A stretch of 64,000 nucleotides of DNA. Source: an uncultured Piscirickettsiaceae bacterium (GTDB lineage: Bacteria > Pseudomonadota > Gammaproteobacteria > GCF-002020875). Where the stretch lies: the NCBI GenBank assembly GCA_964344325.1, contig CAYFMX010000005.1, forward strand, positions 9,013-73,012, read 5' to 3'. Under the pieces are notes generated by a model. It was not told the origin of the DNA, made no database searches, and saw nothing but the letters and a program-made list of their open reading frames with translations. Shown here piece by piece: positions 49,378 through 60,190 of this stretch; within the stretch, counting starts at the first letter, position 1; each line of letters opens with the position of its first letter. The position numbers were made by a program, and so were the translations under genes.

Positions 49378-50817
49378 ATGGGACAAGAACTCCAGCACGA
49401 ACATTTCCGCAAACGCGACTTTTCCCATTTTCACCGCGCTTTATCTGAGGAGACTGCGCTGCTCCAGTCGTGGTTTGAAGAAGGAAAACTGGATGGTGGC
49501 GCACACGTTGTCGGTTTTGAGCTGGAGGCATGGCTGCTGGATGCGCAACATCACCCGGCTCCACGCAATCAGGAATTTCTGGAAAAACTGAATCATCCAC
49601 TCGTCGTTTCGGAGCTCGCCAGCTTCAACATTGAACTCAACGGAACGCCGCAATTCCTCACGCAAACGCCAGATCCGTTCCGAAAAATCGCGGACGAACT
49701 GGAGCAGACTTGGGACGCATGTACCCAGCAGGCCCAACAAATGGGAATGGATGTGGCGATGGTGGGTATCCCGCCAACATTGCAAGAGATACAAATGCAG
49801 TTGGACAACATGACACCTGTCCACCGCTATTATGCGTTAAATGAGCATATGATCCGCCTGCGCCACGGGCAGCCCACTCATTTCCTGATTGAGGGTGAAG
49901 AGACTTTTCAGGCAGTTCATCAGGATGTGACGATGGAAGGAGCGGCGACTTCGTTGCAAATCCACCTGCAAGTGCCGTTTGAGCAATCGGTCAACGCCTA
50001 TAATGCAGCATTGTTGCTCTCTGCGCCGATGGTTGCGCTTTGCGCAAACTCACCACTGCTGTTTGGCAAACCGATCTGGGCAGAGACGCGCATTCCGCTA
50101 TTTGAACAGGCTTTTTCCATTGACGCATTTGCCCATCGCTTGCATGGCAATGGACGTGTCACTTTCGGCACCGGTTTTGCAAAAGAGAGTTTGTTTGAGC
50201 TATTCGCGGAAAATCTGGAGCACTACCCTATTTTGATTGCTGACCAGCAACTTCAGCCTGCGGAAAAAATGGAAAATGTGCATTTGCATAACGGTGTGAT
50301 TTGGCGCTGGAATCGCCCGCTCATCGGCTTTGAAGAAAATGGAACGCCGCATGTACGGATCGAACATCGACCGGTCGGCGCGGGGCCAAGCTTGCCAGAT
50401 ACGATGGCCAATGTCGTCTTTTTTACAGGCGCGATGCTGGCATTGCTGAAACATGAAGATATTGTGGAAGAAATCGGCATTCCGTTTGAGACAGCAGAAG
50501 AGAATTTCTACACTGCTGCGAAACATGGGCTGGATACGATCATCCACTGGAAAAACGGGAAAACTGTACCTGTGCGGGAACTGTTGCGGATGCATCTGCT
50601 TCCGCTTGCACGCGAAGGGTTAAAAGATTTAGAGCTGGCAGAATCCGATTGGGGGAACTGGCTGGAAATGATCGAAGGCCGTCTGCAGACCGGGCAAAAT
50701 GGCGCAGCATGGCAGCGGAAATTCGCTGCGCAGCATGGACGCGATATGGATGCGCTGATGCAGGCGTATCTGGAAGGTCAGCATTCTGGAAATCCGGTAC
50801 ATCTTTGGAAGAGTTAA
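49378..50817 (+). CDS. glutamate--cysteine ligase family protein (GCS-type carboxylate-amine ligase)
   Basis: 479-aa protein. Family call rests on overall GCS-like glutamine-synthetase-fold pattern. Start placed at MGQELQ (ATG 49378), trimming the track's 5' extension. Confidence 0.5.
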   Translation: MGQELQHEHFRKRDFSHFHRALSEETALLQSWFEEGKLDGGAHVVGFELEAWLLDAQHHPAPRNQEFLEKLNHPLVVSELASFNIELNGTPQFLTQTPDPFRKIADELEQTWDACTQQAQQMGMDVAMVGIPPTLQEIQMQLDNMTPVHRYYALNEHMIRLRHGQPTHFLIEGEETFQAVHQDVTMEGAATSLQIHLQVPFEQSVNAYNAALLLSAPMVALCANSPLLFGKPIWAETRIPLFEQAFSIDAFAHRLHGNGRVTFGTGFAKESLFELFAENLEHYPILIADQQLQPAEKMENVHLHNGVIWRWNRPLIGFEENGTPHVRIEHRPVGAGPSLPDTMANVVFFTGAMLALLKHEDIVEEIGIPFETAEENFYTAAKHGLDTIIHWKNGKTVPVRELLRMHLLPLAREGLKDLELAESDWGNWLEMIEGRLQTGQNGAAWQRKFAAQHGRDMDALMQAYLEGQHSGNPVHLWKS

Positions 50818-50840
50818 TTTCTGTTTCAAAAAACACCCAC

Positions 50841-51359
50841 ATGACCCCCATTTACCTCAGCATCGGCAGCAACATTGACCGCGAACGCAGCATCCGTTTT
50901 ACGGTGGGCGCATTGCAAGAGGCATTTGGTGCACTGGAAATTTCCACTGTGTACGAAAGCGCGGCAGTCGGATTTGCCGGGGAAAATTTCTACAATCTGG
51001 TTGTCGGTTTTGAATCTGCGCTTTCCCGCGAATCGATCCAGGAAATCCTGCACCAAATCGAAGAAGAAGGGGGACGCGAACGCGGCGCACAAAAATTCAC
51101 TTCCCGCACTGTCGATATTGATCTATTGCTTTACGGCGATCTGGATTTGCAAGCGCAGAGTATTGATCTACCCCGCGCAGAAATTTTCCAATATGCGTTT
51201 GTGTTGCGTCCGCTCGCGGAAATCGCCGGAGGACGACACCATCCACAAACCCGCCAAACCTACGCAGAAATTTGGGCGCAATTTGACCAGTCCTCGCAAC
51301 CGCTGTGGGAAGCGGCATTGCAATTTGACCAAAATGGTCAAAACAGTCGAAATCATTGA
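50841..51359 (+). CDS. folK: 2-amino-4-hydroxy-6-hydroxymethyldihydropteridine pyrophosphokinase (HPPK)
   Basis: MTPIYLSIGSNIDRE… plus …RTVDIDLLLYGD… HPPK motifs. Start ATG 50841 inside the track's extended ORF. Confidence 0.85.
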   Translation: MTPIYLSIGSNIDRERSIRFTVGALQEAFGALEISTVYESAAVGFAGENFYNLVVGFESALSRESIQEILHQIEEEGGRERGAQKFTSRTVDIDLLLYGDLDLQAQSIDLPRAEIFQYAFVLRPLAEIAGGRHHPQTRQTYAEIWAQFDQSSQPLWEAALQFDQNGQNSRNH

Positions 51360-51532
51360 AATGATCAAAAAAACCGCTAAAAACTGTTAAAAACTGATTT
51401 GGAAAACTGACTTACGCGAAATAGAACTGCTAAAATCAGTCACTTTTTGATTTTGCAGATGATTTTTGAAAATTTGATTGGTTTGAATCAATTTGAAAAT
51501 CTCAAGAAAATTTTAAGAAATCACCTGCGTTT

Positions 51533-52099
51533 TTGGAGTTGAAAATTTTGGAACAGTATCGGGGAACAACGATCCTTTGCGTCCGCCGCGAAAATGAAGT
51601 GGTGATCGGCGGCGACGGGCAGGTCTCGATGGGGCCAACCGTCATGAAAGGCAATGCACGCAAAGTGCGTCGCCTCTACCACGAAAAAGTGATTGCCGGA
51701 TTTGCCGGTGGTACCGCAGATGCTTTCACGTTGATCGAACGTTTTGAAGGCAATCTGGAAAAATATTCCGGTCATATGGTGCGCTCGGCAGTCGAGCTGG
51801 CAAAAGACTGGCGCACCGACCGCATGTTACGCAAACTCGAAGCGTTACTGCTCGTTGCCAACGAAGAAGAGACGTTGGTGATTACCGGAAACGGCGATGT
51901 GATTGAGCCGGAACATGGCGCAGTGGCGATTGGTTCTGGCGGTCATTACGCGCTCTCTGCAGCGCGGGCATTGCTCGAAAATAGCAATCTAGATGCCAAG
52001 ACGATTGTCGAAAAGAGCATGGCGATTGCAGCGGATGTGTGTGTCTATACCAACCAGAGTTTGGTGTTGGAGATACTCAGTAAAGAGAGCAAAGATTAA
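51533..52099 (+). CDS. hslV: ATP-dependent protease subunit HslV
   Basis: …[24 protein letters not shown]… Catalytic N-terminal Thr region. Start codon uncertain (TTG; short N-terminal extension). Confidence 0.9.
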   Translation: MELKILEQYRGTTILCVRRENEVVIGGDGQVSMGPTVMKGNARKVRRLYHEKVIAGFAGGTADAFTLIERFEGNLEKYSGHMVRSAVELAKDWRTDRMLRKLEALLLVANEEETLVITGNGDVIEPEHGAVAIGSGGHYALSAARALLENSNLDAKTIVEKSMAIAADVCVYTNQSLVLEILSKESKD

Positions 52100-52242
52100 T
52101 TTATTATTTCCCTCACTCCTGCCCTCTCCCCCAAAGGGAGAGAGGAAACAAAGCGTGACTTCACAAAGCCCTCTCCCCTTGGGAGAGGGTTTGGGTGAGG
52201 GGGCAATTGATACGCGATTTTTAAGCAAGGAAAAGAAGAACG
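52100..52242. repeat. two related hairpin repeats in the hslV–hslU spacer
   Basis: ccctctcccccaaagggagagagg and gccctctccccttgggagagggt are two copies of a CCCTCTCCCC/GGGAGAGGG inverted-repeat unit. Confidence 0.6.
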
Positions 52243-53589
52243 ATGGCGGATGTAGGGGTTTTGACACCAAAAGAGATCGTAAACAAGCTGGATCAGCATA
52301 TTATCGGGCAAGATGAGGCGAAACGTGCGGTGGCAATCGCGTTGCGTAACCGCTGGCGGCGGATGCAACTGGATGAATCGTTGCGCTATGAAGTGACGCC
52401 GAAAAATATCCTGATGATTGGCCCAACCGGCGTCGGCAAAACTGAAATTGCCCGCCGCTTAGCGAATTTGGCGAACGCACCGTTTATCAAAATCGAAGCG
52501 ACGAAATTCACCGAAGTGGGCTATGTGGGGCGTGATGTTGAATCTATCGTCCGCGATTTAGCGGATGTCGCAGTCAAAAAAGGGCGCGAAGAGGAAGTCG
52601 AAAAAGTGGAACGTCGCGCCGAGGATGCAGCAGAAGAACGTATTCTCGATATTCTGTTGCCACCAATGCGTTCTGGTGCCGATGCCGCGATTGAAGAATC
52701 GCAGTCGGAAAATCCAACTCGGCAGAAATTCCGCAAAAAGCTGCGTGAAGGTGATCTCGACGATAAAGAGATTGAAATTGATATTGAAGCCCCTTCCTAC
52801 GGCGTGGAAATCATGGGGCCTCCAGGGATGGAGGAGATGACCTCGCAGCTTCAGGATATGTTCCAGAATATGGGGCAAAAGAAGAGCCAGAACCGCAAAA
52901 TGCGCATCAAAGAGGCATTAAGACTACTTACGGAAGAAGAAGCGCATAAGATGGTCGATGCGGAAAAAGTGAAGCAGGCTGCGATTGAGCGTGTGGAACA
53001 AAACGGCATTGTCTTCTTGGACGAAATCGACAAAGTTGCAAAACGCAACGAAGGCGGCGGCAGCGGCGAGGTTTCCCGCGAGGGCGTGCAGCGTGATCTG
53101 CTGCCACTGATTGAAGGCAGCACCGTCAGTACCAAATATGGGATGATCAAAACCGACCATATTTTGTTTATTGCTTCTGGTGCATTCCATTTATCCAAAC
53201 CATCGGATCTGATTCCAGAATTACAGGGACGTCTGCCGATCCGTGTTGAACTGGATGCGTTGAGCGTCGAGGATTTTAAACGCATTCTGAAAGAACCCAA
53301 TGCTTCGTTAACCGAGCAATATTCTGCATTGATGAAAGTCGATGGTGTTGACTTGGAATTTGCTGACGATGGCATTGAGCAAATCGCGCATTTCTCGTGG
53401 CAAGTGAACGAACAGACGGAAAACATCGGGGCGCGTCGTCTTCACACTGTGATGGAGCGGCTGTTGGAAGAGATTTCATTTGAAGCTTCTGACCGTCAGG
53501 GCGAGAAAGTGCTCGTCGATGCAGAATATGTGAAGAAATATCTGGCTGATTTGGCGGAAGATGAAGATTTAAGCCGGTATATTTTGTAG
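52243..53589 (+). CDS. hslU: ATP-dependent protease ATPase subunit HslU
   Basis: [37 protein letters not shown], Walker [16 protein letters not shown], full length. Confidence 0.95.
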   Translation: MADVGVLTPKEIVNKLDQHIIGQDEAKRAVAIALRNRWRRMQLDESLRYEVTPKNILMIGPTGVGKTEIARRLANLANAPFIKIEATKFTEVGYVGRDVESIVRDLADVAVKKGREEEVEKVERRAEDAAEERILDILLPPMRSGADAAIEESQSENPTRQKFRKKLREGDLDDKEIEIDIEAPSYGVEIMGPPGMEEMTSQLQDMFQNMGQKKSQNRKMRIKEALRLLTEEEAHKMVDAEKVKQAAIERVEQNGIVFLDEIDKVAKRNEGGGSGEVSREGVQRDLLPLIEGSTVSTKYGMIKTDHILFIASGAFHLSKPSDLIPELQGRLPIRVELDALSVEDFKRILKEPNASLTEQYSALMKVDGVDLEFADDGIEQIAHFSWQVNEQTENIGARRLHTVMERLLEEISFEASDRQGEKVLVDAEYVKKYLADLAEDEDLSRYIL

Positions 53590-53701
53590 GAATTATGATT
53601 TTATCACTCCCGCAAAAGCGGGAGTCTGGAAAACAGCTTGGGTAGAGAGATTCCCGATACCAACATTCGGGAATAACAAATTAAACAACTGATTCAATTT
53701 A

Positions 53702-54154
53702 ATGGACAAGACAAACGTAGATGACATCTTAATTGAGATGATCTCCCCTAAAGTGAAAGAGATTGAAGAACGTTTTTCGCGTGGGGAAGGATTGAGCAAT
53801 GACGACATCAACACCTTGTTGCTGAAATCGCAGTACAATCACATCAACCATCTGGATCAACGGTTGGATGAAGTGACCGCTTCCGTTTGCGCGTTAGAGA
53901 ATAGATTCCAAGGATTGGAAGGAAAATTCCAACTATTGGAAGAAAAATTTGAAAGCCTAGAACAGCGTGTAGATAGTCGATTGGATACGATGGAAGCAAA
54001 CATGAAAGCCTTCCAGCAGGAGATCAAACGGGATGTCCAATCCATTGAATTGAAAGTTAGTGACGCAATCAACAAAAACATGAAATGGTCGATTGGATTG
54101 ATTGCATTGATCGTAACGGTTTTGAAACTGGCCGATATGTTTTTGGTGGGTTAA
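53702..54154 (+). CDS. coiled-coil protein with C-terminal membrane anchor (DUF1640-like)
   Basis: Heptad-rich body. C-terminal hydrophobic WSIGLIALIVTVLKLADMFLVG. Confidence 0.5.
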   Translation: MDKTNVDDILIEMISPKVKEIEERFSRGEGLSNDDINTLLLKSQYNHINHLDQRLDEVTASVCALENRFQGLEGKFQLLEEKFESLEQRVDSRLDTMEANMKAFQQEIKRDVQSIELKVSDAINKNMKWSIGLIALIVTVLKLADMFLVG

Positions 54155-54250
54155 TTTCGAGCGATCAACATCGAATTAACATTTTAGCATTGAGAAAAAT
54201 GCGAGATTCAAGCATTGAAGTACTAAAAAATTGAAGAGAAACACAAAACT

Positions 54251-54640
54251 ATGAGTGAAAATAAAAACACAGTCCCTACAGAAATTCTCTATAACAAGGA
54301 AAATCGCGCATTAAAACTTTCGTATGAAAGCGGCGAATCCTGGGAAATGAGTGCAGAATTTTTACGGGTCTATTCTCCATCAGCAGAAGTACGTGGTCAT
54401 GGCCCAGGCGAGGAAGTTTTACAAGTTGGTAAGGAAGATGTCGTGATTGACCGGATTGTGCCGGTCGGTCGTTATGCAGTGCAACTCTGCTTTGATGATG
54501 GGCATGATACCGGAATTTATTCGTGGGACTGGCTCTACACGTTAGGCGAGCGCAAGGACGAATATTGGCAAAAATATCTGGATGATTTGGCGGCAGAAGG
54601 GATCGAACGCAAAACAACTTCGGAACGATTGGCCAGCTAA
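54251..54640 (+). CDS. DUF971-domain protein (commonly precedes ubiE)
   Basis: …GIYSWDWLYTLG… DUF971 hallmark. Conserved DUF971-ubiE synteny. Confidence 0.75.
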   Translation: MSENKNTVPTEILYNKENRALKLSYESGESWEMSAEFLRVYSPSAEVRGHGPGEEVLQVGKEDVVIDRIVPVGRYAVQLCFDDGHDTGIYSWDWLYTLGERKDEYWQKYLDDLAAEGIERKTTSERLAS

Positions 54641-54703
54641 AAACAGGTCATTTCGCTCGAGAGGCTCGAAAAATATTTCAGTAAACTAACACAGGATCAT
54701 TTC

Positions 54704-55504
54704 GTGGACAGCACTTATTCCCAATCCCAACATTCAGCACAAACGGCACATCCTTCGGAAGAACAGACCCACTTTGGTTATCAGGATGTGCCCATCGGCG
54801 AAAAGGCAGATCGGGTGCGCGGCGTGTTTGATTCCGTCGTTGACCAGTACGATTTGATGAATGATTTGATGTCGTTTGGCATCCATCGCCTGTGGAAGAA
54901 ATATGCGATTGAGATGAGTCTGGTTAAAGAAGGTGATCAAATTCTGGATTTAGCAGGCGGAACAGGTGATTTGGCAGCGCAGTTTTCACGCATTGTTGGC
55001 AAAGACGGAAAAGTAGTGCTCTCTGATATCAACGCCGCGATGCTGGAAAAAGGACGCGAGCGAATGATCAACGAGGGCGTACTTGGCAATATGGAATATG
55101 CGCAGGCCAATGCTGAATGCTTGCCATTTGAGGATAACACGTTTGATTGTGTCACCATTTCATTTGGATTGCGCAATGTGACGGATAAAGATGCGGCATT
55201 ACGGTCGATGCATCGGGTGCTCAAACCGGGCGGTCGTTTGTTGGTACTGGAATTCTCCAAACCGAAACATGCGTTGCTGAATCAGGCATATGATCTCTAT
55301 TCTTTCAAATTGTTGCCGCTGATTGGAAAAATTGTGGCGAAAGATTCGGATAGCTACCAATATCTGGCAGAGTCAATCCGTATGCATCCCGATCAGGAAA
55401 CATTGCGCAGTATGATGGAAACTGCCGGTTTTGCGCGCGTTGATTATTTTGACCTAACCGGCGGGATTGTGGCGCTGCATCGGGGTTTGAAAAAACGTGA
55501 TTAA
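54704..55504 (+). CDS. ubiE: ubiquinone/menaquinone biosynthesis C-methyltransferase
   Basis: …[45 protein letters not shown]…[10 protein letters not shown]…[17 protein letters not shown]… nearly collinear with E. coli UbiE. Confidence 0.9.
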   Translation: MDSTYSQSQHSAQTAHPSEEQTHFGYQDVPIGEKADRVRGVFDSVVDQYDLMNDLMSFGIHRLWKKYAIEMSLVKEGDQILDLAGGTGDLAAQFSRIVGKDGKVVLSDINAAMLEKGRERMINEGVLGNMEYAQANAECLPFEDNTFDCVTISFGLRNVTDKDAALRSMHRVLKPGGRLLVLEFSKPKHALLNQAYDLYSFKLLPLIGKIVAKDSDSYQYLAESIRMHPDQETLRSMMETAGFARVDYFDLTGGIVALHRGLKKRD

Positions 55505-55592
55505 TTTCTGATTGGCTGATCAAATCTATTTATGATGGGGCGTATTACGATACGCCCCTACTTTTTTCTGCATTGGATAATTTTTTCTATTC

Positions 55593-57251
55593 ATGATCTC
55601 ACCCCTTCAATTTATCCGGCTCTTGGCAATCCAGCGAGTGTTGATTCGTCACCGTCTGGACGAAATTGCCTTTGCCGCTGCCCCACCGTTGCGCCCGCTT
55701 CGGTTTCTCTTTTATCTGCTGCCATTTTTCTGGTTTCGGGGCGATGCAAATGCTTCTGAAGGGCAGCGAATTCGGCTGGCATTGGAAGATTTGGGGCCGG
55801 TTTTCATCAAGCTGGGGCAGATGTTTTCAACGCGCCGTGACCTGCTGCCTGATGAAATTGCTGATGAACTGGCGAAATTACAAGACGCCGTGCCACCTTT
55901 CCCTGGCGCAGAAGCGCGGAAAATTGTTGAACATGCGTTAAAACAGCCAATTTTAGAGGCATTTGAACGTTTTGATGAGGAGCCGTTGGCTTCTGCCTCG
56001 ATTGCGCAAGTGCATACGGCACGGACGAAAGCGACGCGTGAGAAACCTGCGGAAGAGGTTGTTGTCAAGGTGGTGCGCCCGGACATTGAACCGCGCATCC
56101 GCCATGATATGAAGCTAGCAAAACGACTCGCAGTATTGGCAGAACGCTATTTTTCCGAAGCGCGACGACTCCATCTAACGCGCGTGGTCAACGATTATGA
56201 GCGTGTGCTGCTGGATGAGCTGAACATGATGCGCGAGGCCGCAAACCTGTCGCAACTGCGCCACAACTTCTCTTCTGGCGATGTGGAGCTGGTGTTACCG
56301 ACGTTAAATTGGGAGTTGACCCGCGATCGCATTCTGGTGATGGGGCGCGTTGATGGTGTGCCAGCGGCTGATGCAGAAACCTTGCGCCAACAAGGGGTAG
56401 ACCTCAAAAAACTCTCTGCACTGGGGGTAGAGATTTTCTTCACCCAGGTGTTCCGCGATAACTTTTTCCATGCCGATATGCATCCTGGCAATGTCTTTAT
56501 CGAGGCGAAAAATCCGCGTCATCCGCGCTATATGGCGGTCGATTTTGGTGTAATGGGTAGCCTCACCGAAGAAGACCAACGCTATCTGGCGGAAAACTTG
56601 CTCGCTTTTTTCAACCGCAACTACCGGCAAGTGGCGCAGCTGCATATTGATTCTGGCTGGATTTCTGCCGAAGTGCGCATTGATGAACTGGAAGCTGCCT
56701 TCCGCACCGTCTGCGAGCCGATTTTTGAGCGTCCATTCCGTGAGCTTTCGTTTGCAATGTTCCTGCTACGGCTATTCCGCGCCGGACGGCGGTTCGGGAT
56801 GGAAGTGCAACCGCAACTGGTCTTGTTACAGAAAACACTGCTCTATATTGAAGGGCTCGGCAAGCAGCTTGATCCAGATTTGGATTTATGGGCGACGGCA
56901 AAACCGTTTCTCGAGAAATGGATCAAACAACACCGTGGTTTTCAGGGGCTAAAAACGCAAATCGAAAAACATGGGCCGGAACTCTTTGTCCAGTTGCCGG
57001 AAATGCCCGGATTGGCTTTTTCGCTGATGAAGCTGATTCGCAAGGGCGAATTGCCACCGCAAGCGCGCAATCTGCAAACTGAAGAAATTCGCCAAGCCGT
57101 ACAGGAGAACGCCCGTTCTACCCATACGGCGATTGCCGGAGGTAGTTTGCTCATTTCCGGTACAGTGCTTGTGCAGTTTGGAATGTTGGCGGTTGGCGGT
57201 GGGATGGCGGCTGCGGGGTTGGTGGTGCTGTTGCGGTCGTGGTCACATTAA
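55593..57251 (+). CDS. ubiB: ubiquinone biosynthesis regulatory kinase-like protein UbiB
   Basis: …LALEDLGPVFIKLGQMFSTRRDLLPDEIADELAKLQDAVPPF… ABC1/UbiB signature. C-terminal TM helices. Confidence 0.9.
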   Translation: MISPLQFIRLLAIQRVLIRHRLDEIAFAAAPPLRPLRFLFYLLPFFWFRGDANASEGQRIRLALEDLGPVFIKLGQMFSTRRDLLPDEIADELAKLQDAVPPFPGAEARKIVEHALKQPILEAFERFDEEPLASASIAQVHTARTKATREKPAEEVVVKVVRPDIEPRIRHDMKLAKRLAVLAERYFSEARRLHLTRVVNDYERVLLDELNMMREAANLSQLRHNFSSGDVELVLPTLNWELTRDRILVMGRVDGVPAADAETLRQQGVDLKKLSALGVEIFFTQVFRDNFFHADMHPGNVFIEAKNPRHPRYMAVDFGVMGSLTEEDQRYLAENLLAFFNRNYRQVAQLHIDSGWISAEVRIDELEAAFRTVCEPIFERPFRELSFAMFLLRLFRAGRRFGMEVQPQLVLLQKTLLYIEGLGKQLDPDLDLWATAKPFLEKWIKQHRGFQGLKTQIEKHGPELFVQLPEMPGLAFSLMKLIRKGELPPQARNLQTEEIRQAVQENARSTHTAIAGGSLLISGTVLVQFGMLAVGGGMAAAGLVVLLRSWSH

Positions 57252-57289
57252 ATTTACAGCGTAAGCTTCCCCTAAAAATGAACTGTAGT

Positions 57290-57800
57290 GGTCTAATAAT
57301 GGAAATCTCCGATGCTGGTGCATTGGCGGTAACCCGCTGGAAAAAGCAATACCACGAAGAACTAGAAAACAAAACCCCGCAAAGGGAAAGCATTTTCCAA
57401 AACGCCGGATACCAAATTGGCCAAGGCTGCGCTTAAACACGCTATGCAAAAGCATAATCCGGATACTTCGAAACCGATGTTCCATTCTGATCAGGGCGTG
57501 CAATATTCTGCACGCAAATTTGTCGACTATCTGGATACCGGATCCCCTGAGGATCACGCAAAGCATGGGCAAGTGCAGCAATTGTTGGGGCAATGCGACC
57601 ATAGAACGTTTTTTCGGGAGCCTGAAGGCAGAACGCCCGAACCATATGACACCCACATAAACCATAACGCAGTGATTCATGTGCTGGAAAGTCACATCCG
57701 GTTTTACAACTACGGGAGGCTGCATTCTGCGATTGATTACCGAGCACCACATCTGCGGCCACAGCAATTGAAACGGCAAATGAAAAAGGCGGCTTAGTTT
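57290..57800 (+). mobile_element. IS3-family transposase (OrfB, rve domain) C-terminal remnant, frameshifted
   Basis: …HSDQGVQYSARKFVDYL… and …RFYNYGRLHSAIDYRAPH… are IS3 integrase-core C-terminal motifs. No intact N-terminus, no flanking IRs seen. Confidence 0.55.
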
Positions 57801-57821
57801 CTCTCCAAGAAAACTTGACCA

Positions 57822-59009
57822 TTACACCTTCAACGCCTTGGTGATCCGCGCCAACGCTTTTTCGAGGTTTTCCATGCTGGTCGCAAAGGAGAGGCGGATA
57901 TACCCTTCTGCACCAAACGCTGAACCTGGAACCACTGCCACCTCTGCATCGTTCAACAGCATTTGCGCCAGCTCCGTATCGTTGTTGATGTTTGATAACC
58001 GCGCAATCACACCTTCCACATTGGGAAAGGAGTAAAACGCCCCTTCGGAAATCCGGCATGTCACACCATCAATCGCATTTAATTGATCGACGACAAATTT
58101 GTGACGTTCCCGGAACGCTTTGACCATCGGCGTAATACAGCCTTGATCGCCATTCAGTGCCACTTCCGCCGCCACTTGCGAAATGGAAGTCGGATTGGAG
58201 GTGCTTTGCGACTGTACTTTCTTCATTGCCTTAATTAGCTCTTCTGGTCCGCCTGCATAACCAATGCGCCAGCCAGTCATCGAATAGCCTTTAGAAACGC
58301 CATTCATCACTACAGTGCGGTCATACAGATCCGGATTCGCAGTCAACAAATTGTCAAACGGTAAATCGCTGAGCAAAATGTGTTCGTAAATATCGTCACT
58401 AGCGATTAGTACCTGCGGATATTTTTTTAGCACCTCACCTAATGCTTGCAATTCGGCTTTGGAGTACATTGCTCCGGTTGGATTGGAAGGCGTGTTGTGT
58501 ACCAGCAATTTGGTTTTTGGCGTAATCGCTGCTTCCAGTTGCTCCGGCGTCATTTTGAAACCCTGGTCAATTCCAGCAGAGACAATCACCGGTTTTGCAC
58601 CCGCCAGCATCGCCATGTCTGGATACGAAACCCAATACGGTGCAGGGATAATCACCTCGTCGCCCGGATTCAAAACCGCCTGACACAAATTGTAAAAAAC
58701 CTGTTTGCCACCACAGCTTACCATCACCTGATTTAGATCGTATTTGAGGCTATTTTCGCGCTGCAATTTGTCGATTACTGCCTGCTTCAACGAAGGCGTG
58801 CCATCGACTGCCGTATATTTGGTGAAACCGTTTTCAATCGCCGCAATCGCCGCTTTTTTGATGTGCTCTGGCGTATCAAAATCAGGCTCTCCCGCGCCAA
58901 GGCCGATGATGTCTTTTCCTTCGCTACGCAACTGTGCCGCCAATGCGGTCACGGCAAGGGTGGGGGAAGGTTTGATCTGTTGTACCCGGTCAGAAAGTGG
59001 CGAACTCAC
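57822..59009 (-). CDS. class I pyridoxal-phosphate aminotransferase (aspartate/aromatic aminotransferase-like)
   Basis: …GLGAGEPDFDTPEHIKKAA… PLP-Lys context …GVSKGYSMTGWRIGY…. Confidence 0.85.
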   Translation of the reverse strand: MSSPLSDRVQQIKPSPTLAVTALAAQLRSEGKDIIGLGAGEPDFDTPEHIKKAAIAAIENGFTKYTAVDGTPSLKQAVIDKLQRENSLKYDLNQVMVSCGGKQVFYNLCQAVLNPGDEVIIPAPYWVSYPDMAMLAGAKPVIVSAGIDQGFKMTPEQLEAAITPKTKLLVHNTPSNPTGAMYSKAELQALGEVLKKYPQVLIASDDIYEHILLSDLPFDNLLTANPDLYDRTVVMNGVSKGYSMTGWRIGYAGGPEELIKAMKKVQSQSTSNPTSISQVAAEVALNGDQGCITPMVKAFRERHKFVVDQLNAIDGVTCRISEGAFYSFPNVEGVIARLSNINNDTELAQMLLNDAEVAVVPGSAFGAEGYIRLSFATSMENLEKALARITKALKV

Positions 59010-59331
59010 GGCAACGGCTCCTCAAGCAACGGTGGCAATAAAGTAAAAACGAAGGAAATGTGAAAAACGTTTGACTATACCCCTTTCTTTTTCAGGCATC
59101 CATGCCCGAGCTGCTGAAATTCAGCACAATTCACCGTTAAATTGCGAAGATGGATGGCAAAGAAGTGTGTAGAATTAAAAATTTTTTGAAATTATTTTGG
59201 AATAATTTTTGAAGATGCTTTCCCGGCATGTTCTCCAGACGTAGGAAAAGCCAAAAAAAAAACAGCACGTCAAAAAACAAAAAGTCAAAGAAATAAAAAA
59301 GTTAACAATTTTTTTTGGGGGGGGTTGAGTA

Positions 59332-60168
59332 ATGGAATTAACACAAATTTTGCTGATTATTGCAGGGATCGCACTGATCGGGCTGATTTACTGGAAGAGC
59401 CGTCAGCGTCATCAAGAGATGGAAGAGCGCCTCCGCGCACGCCGCAACCAGCAGGAACAACAGTGGAATGACAAACCGATTTCCGATTCCGCTGAACAAT
59501 CTGCAACAGCATCTGCGCCAAAAGTGAAAAGCTATCGTGATACTCTTGCGGAAAGCGGTGAGGAAATCCCGGAATTGAACATCACCGCAACTTCTGCATC
59601 AGATTCGGCATCAGAAGCCCAAACACAAGCCGTTTCAAAACCAGTGCAATCCGAACAACCAAAACCAGCATCAGAACCCATATCAGCACCAACGTCAGCA
59701 CAAAAGACGGATCCAAAATCGACAAAACCAGCAGGCGAACAACTGGTTATCGCATTGCACATCCTGTCCAAAACGGGAAGCAGTTTTCAGGGGCCTGATT
59801 TATTGCGCGAATTTGAAAATCTGTCGCTGGAATTCGGAAAAATGGATATTTTTCACCGTTTTTCGGCACAAAATCGCAAAGAACCGCTTTTTAGCATTGC
59901 CAATGCAATGAAGCCGGGCACATTTGACCACAATGCGATGGATAAATTTGAAACGACCGGCATCGTCCTTTTTTGCCAGTTTCCAAGCAGCCATCCAGGT
60001 GGGCAGGCGTTTGAACAACTGGCTTCTTCTGCCAAAACCCTCTGCACTGCGCTGGATGGCCGTTTGATGGATGAAAAGCGCCGTCCGCTCGGTTCCCAAT
60101 CACTGCAACAGATGCGTGATCAGGTGAACGACTTTATCTACCGGCAGGAGCTGGCGCAGAAAGGCTGA
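59332..60168 (+). CDS. zipA: cell division protein ZipA
   Basis: N-terminal TM (ILLIIAGIALIGLIYW), charged/P-Q-rich linker, C-terminal FtsZ-binding domain (…QLVIALHILSKTGSSFQGPDLL…). Confidence 0.8.
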   Translation: MELTQILLIIAGIALIGLIYWKSRQRHQEMEERLRARRNQQEQQWNDKPISDSAEQSATASAPKVKSYRDTLAESGEEIPELNITATSASDSASEAQTQAVSKPVQSEQPKPASEPISAPTSAQKTDPKSTKPAGEQLVIALHILSKTGSSFQGPDLLREFENLSLEFGKMDIFHRFSAQNRKEPLFSIANAMKPGTFDHNAMDKFETTGIVLFCQFPSSHPGGQAFEQLASSAKTLCTALDGRLMDEKRRPLGSQSLQQMRDQVNDFIYRQELAQKG

Positions 60169-60190
60169 TTATCAATACAATACAAATAAA

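Noticed and set aside
50649-50840. 5' extension of the folK ORF overlapping the end of the upstream gene in another frame
   Set aside because: HPPK proteins begin at the conserved MTPIYLSIGSN; the upstream part is overlap artefact.
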